A stretch of DNA of 64,000 nt from positions 4,851 to 68,850 of the forward strand of contig JAFUTN010000003.1 of NCBI GenBank assembly GCA_017484225.1, written 5' to 3'. Within the stretch, counting starts at the first letter, position 1; every line of letters begins with the position of its first letter. The stretch comes from Alphaproteobacteria bacterium (GTDB lineage: Bacteria > Pseudomonadota > Alphaproteobacteria > RF32 > CAG-239). The notes under the pieces are model-generated. The model searched no databases, was not told where the DNA came from, and was given only the letters and a program-made list of their open reading frames with translations. Below, one piece after another: positions 56,022 through 64,000 of the stretch. The position numbers were made by a program, and so were the translations under genes.

Positions 56022-56644
56022 TTTTTCTTCCTTACCTCGGTAATTTGTAAAATTATTCCGTTTTCGGCGTATTTGTTTGGAGTTTCTCTGAGTTTAAAAT
56101 GCCAATTTTTTTCGGCACAAACCAACTCTTCTTTGTATTTTTCTCCTTTAAGATACAGCCCGATAGTTTTTTCATCTCCTATTTTGTTCTGATAAAGCAT
56201 CAGTGTATTTAAGTCTGTTACTGCTCGTGCCGTAATCACTGAAACATTTTTAAATACACCGTTTTCAACTCGTAAATTCATAACAGAAGCATTGGCTAAA
56301 CCAAGTTTTTGAATCACATCATTTAAATACACCGTTTTTTTGGTTATGCTTTCAACCAAAGTTATTTTTGCCTGCGGCAATAGTTCTTGCATAAGAATGG
56401 CCAAACAAATTCCCGGAAATCCTGAACCGCTGCCGATATCTACCAGATGAGTCGTTTTTTGCGGAAGATACTTTATTAATTGAACAGAGTCTAAAACGTG
56501 ACGAACCCAAACGTCTTTGATAGAGTTTTTGCTTACTAAATTTATTTTACTGTTCCATTCTTGTAAAATGGTTACAAAGTCTTTTATTTTTTGTAATGTT
56601 TCACGTGAAACACCATAATTTAAAATTTCTTGCTCAATATCCAT
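56018..56644 (-). CDS. rsmG: 16S rRNA (guanine527-N7)-methyltransferase
   Basis: 208 aa with YGVSRETLQKI and DIGSGSGFPGI. Confidence 0.93.
   Translation of the reverse strand: MDIEQEILNYGVSRETLQKIKDFVTILQEWNSKINLVSKNSIKDVWVRHVLDSVQLIKYLPQKTTHLVDIGSGSGFPGICLAILMQELLPQAKITLVESITKKTVYLNDVIQKLGLANASVMNLRVENGVFKNVSVITARAVTDLNTLMLYQNKIGDEKTIGLYLKGEKYKEELVCAEKNWHFKLRETPNKYAENGIILQITEVRKKK
56597..56612. other. parS centromere site 1 (inside rsmG)
   Basis: Perfect 16-bp palindrome TGTTTCACGTGAAACA, the canonical chromosomal parS consensus. Confidence 0.85.
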
Positions 56645-56733
56645 ATTTTACTCCCATGAGTCAAAAGTATGTTATATTGATATTTTTTGCAAGGCAATAT
56701 CTGGGTTATTAACTTGTTTTTTTTAACAAGATG

Positions 56734-57573
56734 TTATTCGGTTATCCTGTTGATTATACCATATTTTTGCAGTTCTTGTTCGGCTTTGTCAAAATCGTAT
56801 CCTAGTTCTGTAGTGCGGTGTGCGTCATCACTGATTATCACTTTTACGCCTTCTGCGGCAATTTGCCGTAAAATTTCCGGTGCCGGATAATAATCACCTA
56901 TTTTTCTCAGTCCCTTTGTGCTTATTTCCGTTCCGGTGTTATTTTCTTTAAGCGATTTTATCAGTGCTGCTTTTTCACCCGCAAAGTCATGGGGTTGACA
57001 GTATTGATTACCCATTTTACGAACATAATCTATATGTGCAACAAACTTAAATAACCCGCTTTCGGCAGATTTTTTTATTGTTTTGAAATGATTGGAAACC
57101 AGATTTTTTATTTGCTCATTATCGGCGAAATCAGCAATGTTCTTATGAATATTGTAAATAATTTCACAATTATCGGTAAATAAAAAGTGGTTTCCGCTGA
57201 TTAAATAGTCATAGTCCAAATGGGATAAAAATTCCTTCATTTCATCAAGCCATCCGTCGTAAGTGAAAAAATCCACTTCAAAGCCGATTAAAATTTTGAA
57301 TTTTGCTTTTTCTGAAAAATTTCGCAATTCATCACAGTGTTTTTGAAATTCCGGCAAGGCAGATTTAAAATCTTTTTTATATATGTGGGCATCAGGTTTT
57401 GATGACATCATTTCCCACGACGGGCTTTTATCAATGTTTTTGTGAATAATCAGGTGATCGCTGATACCTATTTTTGAAAAGCCGATTTTTTTTGCCTGTT
57501 CTACCATTTCCGACAAACTTGATTTTCCGTCTGAAAATGTTGTGTGGCTGTGCATTGTAAAATTTTGTGTCAT
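56734..57573 (-). CDS. PHP-domain histidinol-phosphatase (HisJ) family protein
   Basis: 279 aa. MHSHTTFSDGK, ISDHL and later His/Asp motifs of the PHP fold. It overlaps the mnmG stop by 4 nt. Confidence 0.75.
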   Translation of the reverse strand: MTQNFTMHSHTTFSDGKSSLSEMVEQAKKIGFSKIGISDHLIIHKNIDKSPSWEMMSSKPDAHIYKKDFKSALPEFQKHCDELRNFSEKAKFKILIGFEVDFFTYDGWLDEMKEFLSHLDYDYLISGNHFLFTDNCEIIYNIHKNIADFADNEQIKNLVSNHFKTIKKSAESGLFKFVAHIDYVRKMGNQYCQPHDFAGEKAALIKSLKENNTGTEISTKGLRKIGDYYPAPEILRQIAAEGVKVIISDDAHRTTELGYDFDKAEQELQKYGIINRITE

Positions 57574-59423
57574 TTTTTTAAGTGTCCTAGAATTGCGGTG
57601 ACTGCTGCCGGCGTAACCCCGATTATTCTGGAGGCTTCGCCGATTGTTTTCGGCTTTACTTTGGTAAAGCGCTGAACCATTTCGGTTGATAGTCCCCCGA
57701 TTTTACTGTAATCAATATCTTCTCGTATTTTTAAGTTCTCATCTCTTTTGAAAACAGCAATGTCTTCATATTCGCGTTTTAAATATCCCGAATATTTTGC
57801 TTCAATTTCAACTTGTTCAAATGTTACTTCGTCAACATTTTTTGATTTTTCGTCAAGGCGGTTGATTGTTTCACGTGAAACATCAGGGTAACTCATTAAA
57901 TCTTTAAGAGTTTTCTTTCCGGTGTGCTTTACGGATATTCCGGCATTTTCAATTTCCGGATATGAGACGATTTTACTTGAACAGTATGTGTTATATTCTT
58001 GAATTTTGCTCATTTTCTGTTTAAATACACTGTATCTCTCATCACTTACGCAGCCGATTTCATAGCCTAAATCCGTCAGTCTGGCATCTGCATTGTCGGC
58101 ACGCAAAACAAGGCGGTATTCTGAACGAGATGTAAACATTCGGTATGGCTCATCAACACCTTTGGTGATTAAGTCATCAATCATCACACCAATATAACCC
58201 TGACTGCGATCTATATAAAACTCTTTACCTGTTTTGAGAGCAAATAACGCAGCATTAACACCGGCGACCAGTCCTTGAGCGCCGGCCTCTTCATAACCGG
58301 TTGTTCCGTTTATTTGACCGGCCAGGTATAATCCTTGAGCTTTTTTCACGCCCAAACAATGGTTTAACTCTTGCGGGTTTACGTAATCATATTCAATGGC
58401 GTAGGCATATCTGAGTATTTCAACGTTTTCAAGACCTTTCATGGTGTGAATAAATTCATCTTGAATATCTGCCGGCAGTGATGTAGATATTCCGTTCGGA
58501 TAAACTACATTTGTTTCATATCCCTCCGGTTCAAGAAAAATCTGGTGGGATGTTCTGTCGGCAAACCTTACCAATTTATCCTCAATACTCGGACAATATC
58601 GCGGGCCCACACCGGTAATCAGTCCGGAAAACAGTGCGCATTTTGAAAAGTTATCGCGGATAATTTTATGAGTTTTTTCATTTGTGTTGGTTATACCGCA
58701 ATCAATCTGCCTGTTGGTTATTTTTTCGGTTAAAAATGAAAATGCTTTTGGGTTTATATCACCTGATTGCCTGTCCAAAATATTCCAATTTATGGAATCG
58801 CCGTTCAGCCTAGCAGGAGTGCCGGTTTTCAGGCGACCTAAATTTAGTCCCAAATCTTTTAAAAACGGTGTTATCCCGACACAAGATACGTCTCCTACCC
58901 GACCTCCGATTGATGTTTGATGACCGGTGAACATAATTCCGTTTAAAAAAGTTCCGGTTGTTAAAACAACGGCGTTTGACTGTATGGTTTTTCCGTCAGA
59001 TAAAACTACACCGCAAACAGTATGGTTTTTTACAATTAACCCTTCAACGGATGCTTCTTTTATTTCCAGATTTTTTGTGTTTTTCAGTTCTTCCGACATA
59101 TACATTTTATACAATGTGCGGTCTGCCTGCGCGCGAGGACCGCGGACGGCAGGGCCCTTGGAAAGGTTAAGCATTCTGAACTGGATGCCAGCCTTGTCTA
59201 TTACTCGCGCCATTAAGCCGTCAAGTGCATCTATTTCGCGAACAAGATGTCCTTTGCCGAGACCGCCTATCGCCGGATTGCACGACATTTCTCCTATTGT
59301 GCTGATTTTGTGGGTAACAAGCAATGTTTTTGCGCCGGTTCTTGCGGCTGCGGCACAAGCTTCACAGCCGGCATGGCCTCCGCCGACAACAATAACGTCG
59401 TATATGTCTTTATCTTGAATCAT
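57570..59423 (-). CDS. mnmG: tRNA uridine-5-carboxymethylaminomethyl synthesis enzyme MnmG (GidA)
   Basis: 617 aa with YDVIVVGGGHAGCEA and the typical GidA sequence throughout. Confidence 0.97.
   Translation of the reverse strand: MIQDKDIYDVIVVGGGHAGCEACAAAARTGAKTLLVTHKISTIGEMSCNPAIGGLGKGHLVREIDALDGLMARVIDKAGIQFRMLNLSKGPAVRGPRAQADRTLYKMYMSEELKNTKNLEIKEASVEGLIVKNHTVCGVVLSDGKTIQSNAVVLTTGTFLNGIMFTGHQTSIGGRVGDVSCVGITPFLKDLGLNLGRLKTGTPARLNGDSINWNILDRQSGDINPKAFSFLTEKITNRQIDCGITNTNEKTHKIIRDNFSKCALFSGLITGVGPRYCPSIEDKLVRFADRTSHQIFLEPEGYETNVVYPNGISTSLPADIQDEFIHTMKGLENVEILRYAYAIEYDYVNPQELNHCLGVKKAQGLYLAGQINGTTGYEEAGAQGLVAGVNAALFALKTGKEFYIDRSQGYIGVMIDDLITKGVDEPYRMFTSRSEYRLVLRADNADARLTDLGYEIGCVSDERYSVFKQKMSKIQEYNTYCSSKIVSYPEIENAGISVKHTGKKTLKDLMSYPDVSRETINRLDEKSKNVDEVTFEQVEIEAKYSGYLKREYEDIAVFKRDENLKIREDIDYSKIGGLSTEMVQRFTKVKPKTIGEASRIIGVTPAAVTAILGHLKK
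57867..57882. other. parS centromere site 2 (inside mnmG)
   Basis: Perfect TGTTTCACGTGAAACA, encoding ..VSRET.. Confidence 0.85.
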
Positions 59424-59579
59424 TTTAACCTCTTATCGGCTGTATATAAAGCACAAAATTAAGTTGATTGCAAACAAAAAGAAAAAAATTCTTACCGGAA
59501 AAATTTAAATACAGTGTTTTGTTAACTTGCTTTGGTAAAATTTTGTATTTAAAGAAGATTTTTGATTTTAAATACAGTG

Positions 59580-60947
59580 TTATTTTCCAATACAAAAGTT
59601 GCCGAAAATTTTATCCAGTATTTCACTAACTTCTACTTGGCCGGTAATCTTTCCGATGGCGCGGCAGGCAAGACGGATATCTTCGGCAGCCAACTCTATG
59701 TTTTTCTGCAAATTAAAATTATCAAGATTTCGGATGCAGTCTGTCAGACATTCTTTGTATCGGTGTCTTGTAATTAAATGTGCTTTGTTTACGTCATAGC
59801 GATTGCTCAAAAATTCGGCGATTGTATCAGTTAAATTTTGCAGCCCGATATTATTTTTGGCAGAAATAAGCGTTATTCCTTCTTTTTTGTATTTGCGCTT
59901 TTGTTCTTCGCTTAACTTATCACATTTATTTGCGACCAATAAGCAGTTGTTATCAGATTCTTTTATTGATTCTGAAAATATATCCGGAGAGTCTGTTTGC
60001 GGATCAAACATAAAGATATTAAAATCAGCACCAGCTATTTTTTGTTTGGCAATTTCTATTCCGATTTTTTCTATTTCATCTTTTGCATCCCGTAAGCCTG
60101 CGGTATCGGAAAAAATTACCGGATATCCTTTTATATCTATATAACATTCTATGGCATCACGGGTTGTTCCGGCAATATCGGATACTATGGCAACATTTCT
60201 TTTTGCAAGTGCATTAATCAGGCTTGATTTTCCGGCATTTGTCGGTCCGGAAATAACAACCTTAAAGCCGTTGCGCATTTTTTCATCTAAAGAATTATCT
60301 TTTATGTGAGATTTTATGGCAGAGGATAATTTAAATACACTGTTTTGTAATTTAAAAACAATGTTTTGAGGAATATCTTCATCCGGAAAATCTATATAGG
60401 CTTCAACGTATGAAAGAATATTTAATAAGTCTTCTCGCCATTTTGCATATAAATTGAACAGTGTTCCGCCCATTTGTTGCAAAGCAATTTTTTGCTGCAG
60501 TGCGGTTTCTGCGTCAATCAAATCAGCCAAACCGTCTGCTTCGGTCAAATCCATTTTTCCGTTATAAAACGAACGGCGGGAAAATTCTCCGGCTTCGGCC
60601 ATACGAAAATCCGTTATTTCGGATAAAGCTTCTAAAATGCTTTTTATAACGGCTTTTGAGCCGTGACAATTTATTTCAACCGTGTCTTCGCCGGTAAAAG
60701 AATTAGGAGATTTAAAACCAACCACCAGGCAATTATCAAGTGTTTCACGTGAAACAGGATTAAAAATTTTTGTATAATACATTTTTCTGCTTTGTAAAAT
60801 ATCTACCGGTATATCTGTCATTTTCTCAAAAACAGAAAAAGCTTTGCTGCCGGAAATACGGATTATTGCAACTCCTGATTTTCCCGCAACAGTTGAAAGT
60901 GCATAAATTGTTTTACTATCCATCTTGTCCTCAAAAGTAAATCTCAT
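59580..60947 (-). CDS. mnmE: tRNA modification GTPase MnmE
   Basis: 455 aa. G-domain GPTNAGKSSL, DTAGLR, and the C-terminal FCIGK. The probable start is the internal Met at 60923. Confidence 0.95.
   Translation of the reverse strand: MRFTFEDKMDSKTIYALSTVAGKSGVAIIRISGSKAFSVFEKMTDIPVDILQSRKMYYTKIFNPVSRETLDNCLVVGFKSPNSFTGEDTVEINCHGSKAVIKSILEALSEITDFRMAEAGEFSRRSFYNGKMDLTEADGLADLIDAETALQQKIALQQMGGTLFNLYAKWREDLLNILSYVEAYIDFPDEDIPQNIVFKLQNSVFKLSSAIKSHIKDNSLDEKMRNGFKVVISGPTNAGKSSLINALAKRNVAIVSDIAGTTRDAIECYIDIKGYPVIFSDTAGLRDAKDEIEKIGIEIAKQKIAGADFNIFMFDPQTDSPDIFSESIKESDNNCLLVANKCDKLSEEQKRKYKKEGITLISAKNNIGLQNLTDTIAEFLSNRYDVNKAHLITRHRYKECLTDCIRNLDNFNLQKNIELAAEDIRLACRAIGKITGQVEVSEILDKIFGNFCIGK
60741..60756. 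other. parS centromere site 3 (inside mnmE)
   Basis: Perfect TGTTTCACGTGAAACA, encoding ..VSRET.. Confidence 0.85.
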
Positions 60948-61058
60948 AAAATGCGCTTTTTTTGACTCTGGAGGCGCATTTTTGGTTAAGGTAAGTAATA
61001 TTTCATTTTTTTGCCGATTACCAGCTAAAAAACGATTTAACGGAGAAAATTTTTTTTA

Positions 61059-63014
61059 CTATCTGGAGTAACCTTGCGGCCTTTGCATATTATACTGTGT
61101 TCGGGTGGCCGAATTTCCCGCACTATTGTTTCTGCGGTTTATTATCTGCGCAAATTTTTCTCTTTCTGCCTGAGGAATTTCCCGCATATTGGCGACACGT
61201 CCCAAATTTGTCGGTATTTCTCCTTTAGTTTTGCGTCCGGAGTTAATGCAGGCAACGTAAAGCAATAATTTTTGCTCTTCGTTTAAGGTTGGTAAAAAGT
61301 TGACCGGATTATACTTGTTTGTCGGCTCTTCAAGCAATTTTACGAATGTAGAATATTTGCATTTTTTTGAGAGCGAAACATCTCGGGGTGAAGTGTATTT
61401 TACCGTGTCATTTCCGACCTTAAATTTATATTCGTTGTTATTTTTGCAAATTTCGGAATATCCGCCGATACCTTGCCAATATTCTTTAAGGCAATCACTC
61501 CATTCAGCATGGTTATCCGGCGAGTTTTCTTGACTTTCTTCGTCGTAAAGAGAATTAATGTTAAACGTTTGCACGTCTGATACAATAACCGGTTTTTTGA
61601 TGCCGTCACGCTGCATTTTGCGCGCTTTATCCAACAAATCGGTATCAATATTTTCGCTTTGTGCTTCCTGATTGTATTTGTCTTTTCTTTGTTGCAATTT
61701 TTGTCGGCACGGCTCTATAATTTCTGCGCGGTTTTGGTTAGAAACAACAATTTCATTTTCCGGTTTTATATATTGAGCAAGGTTTATAACTTCCGTTCTT
61801 CCGGTTTGAGGGTTCAAGACACTCATGCTGTAATAGCTGCGGCGCAACAAATCATATTGGCGGTGATCTGTGTCCTCCGGAACATCCATCGGAGCATTTG
61901 CGGCTATATCCGAAACATAATTTTTGAAGTGGCCGGCATCATAGTTTGCGCGATCGGTTGCTTCAAAAAATTTGAGTGAGCCGTTGACTATTTTATCCAT
62001 ATCCGAGACATAGGAAATTCGTTGATTTTCCGGCAATGCAAGCAATTCTGTTTTTAGCCATTGCGATTTATTGTCAAACATTGAGAAGTCATTTAAATCG
62101 CCTTTTTTGAGGTATGTATTGATGGCATAAATTGTTCCCGCCAAATAAGCGCTTCGCTCATTTTCAACCGATATTTTGTAAGTATCCTCGGCTGTCAGAC
62201 GTTTTGCATCTTTTTTGTAATACATACCGTCTAAAATCATCCTGTTTTTTATGTGGTGAGTTTCGTGGGCAACGTAGCTTTCCAGCAGGGATGAAAACTT
62301 TTGCTCTTGAGCATAAATATCAAAAAGTTTTCTTTCGTATGCATCGGGAATCGTTAAGGTATAGTCAAGAATATCCAAATGCGGGTCGCGCATTTTGGCA
62401 ATTTCAAATTTCTGAATTCTGCTTTTAAGACGGTTATAATCATCCGGCTTAAATCTGTAGTGATTGCAGAAAAAGGTTATTACTCGTGCCGGAGTATCTA
62501 CTTCGGCTGCACGGGTATTCAAAATGTCATTGTTTAAATCGGTTATATCAAAAACTTCGTCTTTTGGGACAATCTTAAAACCGAGCTGGCGCACAAATTC
62601 CGGCACACAATCTTCAGAAATGTTATAGTTAAAATGAATGGTGTATTCTTTGTCGGCAAAAGAAGGGATTGCCGGCGGATTCATTTTGTTTTCGTAACTT
62701 TCACGCTGTTTGCGGTAATTAAAAGGCTTGATATAAGTCATCAAAAATTTTGAATTTTCAGCATCTATTTTTTCAATAAATTTTTTGTCTGCAGCAGAAA
62801 TTAAGGAAATATTATCGTAAGCTGCCGATAATTCGTCATAATTTTTTTGTGAAAAGTAATAGCGAAATTTTTCCAGCTCAATGTTGCGTTGGCTTTCGGA
62901 AATTGCATCAACGTCAATATCTGCTGCGATTGTGTAACCGTCCTTAGTAAAAAATAAAATTTTTTTCAGCGCCATTGTTTTGCCTTTTGTTAAACTATGT
63001 CTGAATGGTAGCAT
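61059..63014 (-). CDS. Large hypothetical protein with a single HExxH motif
   Basis: 651-aa ORF. HETHH is encoded at 62253-62267, with a downstream ENERSAY. No signal peptide and no family I recognise. Confidence 0.55.
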   Translation of the reverse strand: MLPFRHSLTKGKTMALKKILFFTKDGYTIAADIDVDAISESQRNIELEKFRYYFSQKNYDELSAAYDNISLISAADKKFIEKIDAENSKFLMTYIKPFNYRKQRESYENKMNPPAIPSFADKEYTIHFNYNISEDCVPEFVRQLGFKIVPKDEVFDITDLNNDILNTRAAEVDTPARVITFFCNHYRFKPDDYNRLKSRIQKFEIAKMRDPHLDILDYTLTIPDAYERKLFDIYAQEQKFSSLLESYVAHETHHIKNRMILDGMYYKKDAKRLTAEDTYKISVENERSAYLAGTIYAINTYLKKGDLNDFSMFDNKSQWLKTELLALPENQRISYVSDMDKIVNGSLKFFEATDRANYDAGHFKNYVSDIAANAPMDVPEDTDHRQYDLLRRSYYSMSVLNPQTGRTEVINLAQYIKPENEIVVSNQNRAEIIEPCRQKLQQRKDKYNQEAQSENIDTDLLDKARKMQRDGIKKPVIVSDVQTFNINSLYDEESQENSPDNHAEWSDCLKEYWQGIGGYSEICKNNNEYKFKVGNDTVKYTSPRDVSLSKKCKYSTFVKLLEEPTNKYNPVNFLPTLNEEQKLLLYVACINSGRKTKGEIPTNLGRVANMREIPQAEREKFAQIINRRNNSAGNSATRTQYNMQRPQGYSR

Positions 63015-63115
63015 AAATTTGACAAATTATCAACAAAAAATAATCCGGAAAAGAATCTTTACAAATAATCAAAATTTTGATAGGTTACAAACAGAATACG
63101 AAATCAGCGTATTTC

Positions 63116-63291
63116 AGGGCGTGACAACCCTTTGTAAAACTCTGTCGCAATACTTTGCGAACAAATTACCGATAGTTCGTTCTTGTAATGAGCGGATGTC
63201 GGTGTTATAAGGCTTTAGCACGAAATCGCCGAGCCGTTTTGAGTTTTACACGGTTTGTCAACATCCGCCCACCAATTCAGGTGGCTTTTTT
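63116..63291 (+). promoter_or_regulatory. Structured leader RNA, copy 7 of the shared class, ending in an intrinsic terminator
   Basis: AGGGCGTGACAACCCT ... GCGGATGTCGGTGTTATAAGGC ... CGCCGAGCC ... ACGGTTTGTCAACATCCGCCC. Helices are GTAAAACTC/GAGTTTTAC and GAC-AACC/GGTT-T-GTC. Terminator is CCACC-AATTCA-GGTGG-CTTTTTT. Confidence 0.8.
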
Positions 63292-63314
63292 ATTAACTTT
63301 TTTAGATTAAGAGG

Positions 63315-64000
63315 ATGTTTGATATGAAATATTTAGCATTTACTTTTTGTTTTATCGGTGCAGGTGTTGCCTTTGCCGAAACATGGAATTGCGGACCGGC
63401 AACCGACGGGGTATACAGCGACAGTGTTAAATGCACGTATGATGAGGAAAGTAAGACTTTAACCATTTCCGGCGAAGGACCAATGGGGAATTATGCTTCA
63501 ATAAATAATAACTCCACGGCTCCGTGGTATGGCAAAGATATTGTTCATGCCGTTATAGAAGGAAATGTAACAAGTATCGGAGACAGGGTATTTAAGCACG
63601 CTGAGAATTTAACAGATATTGTCGGGTTAGAAAATATAACACACCTTGGTTATGCCTCATTCAGTGGAGCCTCTTCACTGGTTAGTATTGATTTACCTAA
63701 TGTGCAGGAAATAGGCGGCGTTGCTTTTCATTATACATCAAGTCTTGAGTATGCCGGTATTCCGGATGATGTTACTTATGGTTCGGACCCTTTATCACGC
63801 GATAATTTTGAGGGTTCAAAATTATCAAATTGCCGAAAAACCGGAGAATGCGGCAGCTGCGGAGATAAATTTGTGCAAGCGGGAGTTGGGTGTGTTTCTT
63901 CGTGTCCTGAAGGATATACTTCATATTATGGGTTTTGCACGCGCACACGTTACACTCTGCCGGAAGCCGACGAGGCAACAAGTAATGATAACGAAAACAC
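63315..64000 (+). CDS. Secreted BspA-type LRR / Cys-rich protein, paralog 8 (3' end runs off the window)
   Basis: Not in the ORF track because no stop is reached. My own translation gives M(FDM)KYLAFTFCFIGAGVAFAETWNCGPATDGVYSDSVKCTYDEESKTLTISGEGPMGNY ... CGDKFVQAGVGCVSSCPEGYTSYYGFCTRTRYTLPEADEATSNDNEN. The likely start is 63324. Confidence 0.85.
   Translation, partial: MFDMKYLAFTFCFIGAGVAFAETWNCGPATDGVYSDSVKCTYDEESKTLTISGEGPMGNYASINNNSTAPWYGKDIVHAVIEGNVTSIGDRVFKHAENLTDIVGLENITHLGYASFSGASSLVSIDLPNVQEIGGVAFHYTSSLEYAGIPDDVTYGSDPLSRDNFEGSKLSNCRKTGECGSCGDKFVQAGVGCVSSCPEGYTSYYGFCTRTRYTLPEADEATSNDNEN

Noticed and set aside
1-64000. A search for tRNA, rRNA, tmRNA, CRISPR arrays, transposases, integrases and phage genes.
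   Set aside because: I inspected all intergenic gaps longer than 100 bp by eye. I found no cloverleaf-like T-arm/anticodon patterns, no repeat-spacer arrays, and no recombinase-like ORFs. Absence by eye is not proof, and tRNAscan-SE/Infernal should confirm it.

Overview
AT-rich bacterial chromosomal segment. It looks alphaproteobacterial: it encodes ChpT, an ATP12-type chaperone and TrmFO, and has the block mnmE-mnmG-rsmG-parA-parB with three perfect parS palindromes, so it is probably origin-proximal. Most of the window is housekeeping: xseB-ispA, trmFO, valS, sufB-(mazG-like)-sufC-sufD, rpsB-tsf, rarA, ampG, dnaQ-coaE, rho, trmB, fmt, ppiD-like, uppP, xseA, rsmB, dnaE. I saw no rRNA, tRNA, CRISPR array, transposase or integrase. 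The main result is an 8-member family of single-gene cassettes scattered between the core operons. Each encodes a secreted BspA-type leucine-rich-repeat, Cys-rich protein ending in an almost invariant C-terminal tag (RYT[LI]PEAD..TS.DNEN.IEWIFE). Seven of the eight are preceded by the same ~170-190 nt leader. Its conserved blocks are joined by helices whose sequence differs in every copy but always stays complementary, which is strong covariation. The leader ends in an intrinsic terminator, and its 3' strand (AACATCCGCCC) is also complementary to an internal GCGGATGT and to the ribosome-binding region GGATGTT. This looks like a riboswitch or attenuator class that I cannot assign to a known family. 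The eighth paralog carries a different structured, terminator-ended leader. The paralogs are mosaics: N-terminal, C-terminal and leader modules are shuffled, and a 130-bp perfect inverted repeat lies 38 kb apart. That points to gene conversion and possibly inversion. Other notable items are rpsB broken by a 1-nt shift in an A8 run, an AT-rich DnaA-box-like region between coaE and rho, a MITE-like palindrome, and unusual gene insertions in the suf and gid/par operons. All product calls rest on motifs recognised by eye in the supplied translations, not on database searches.
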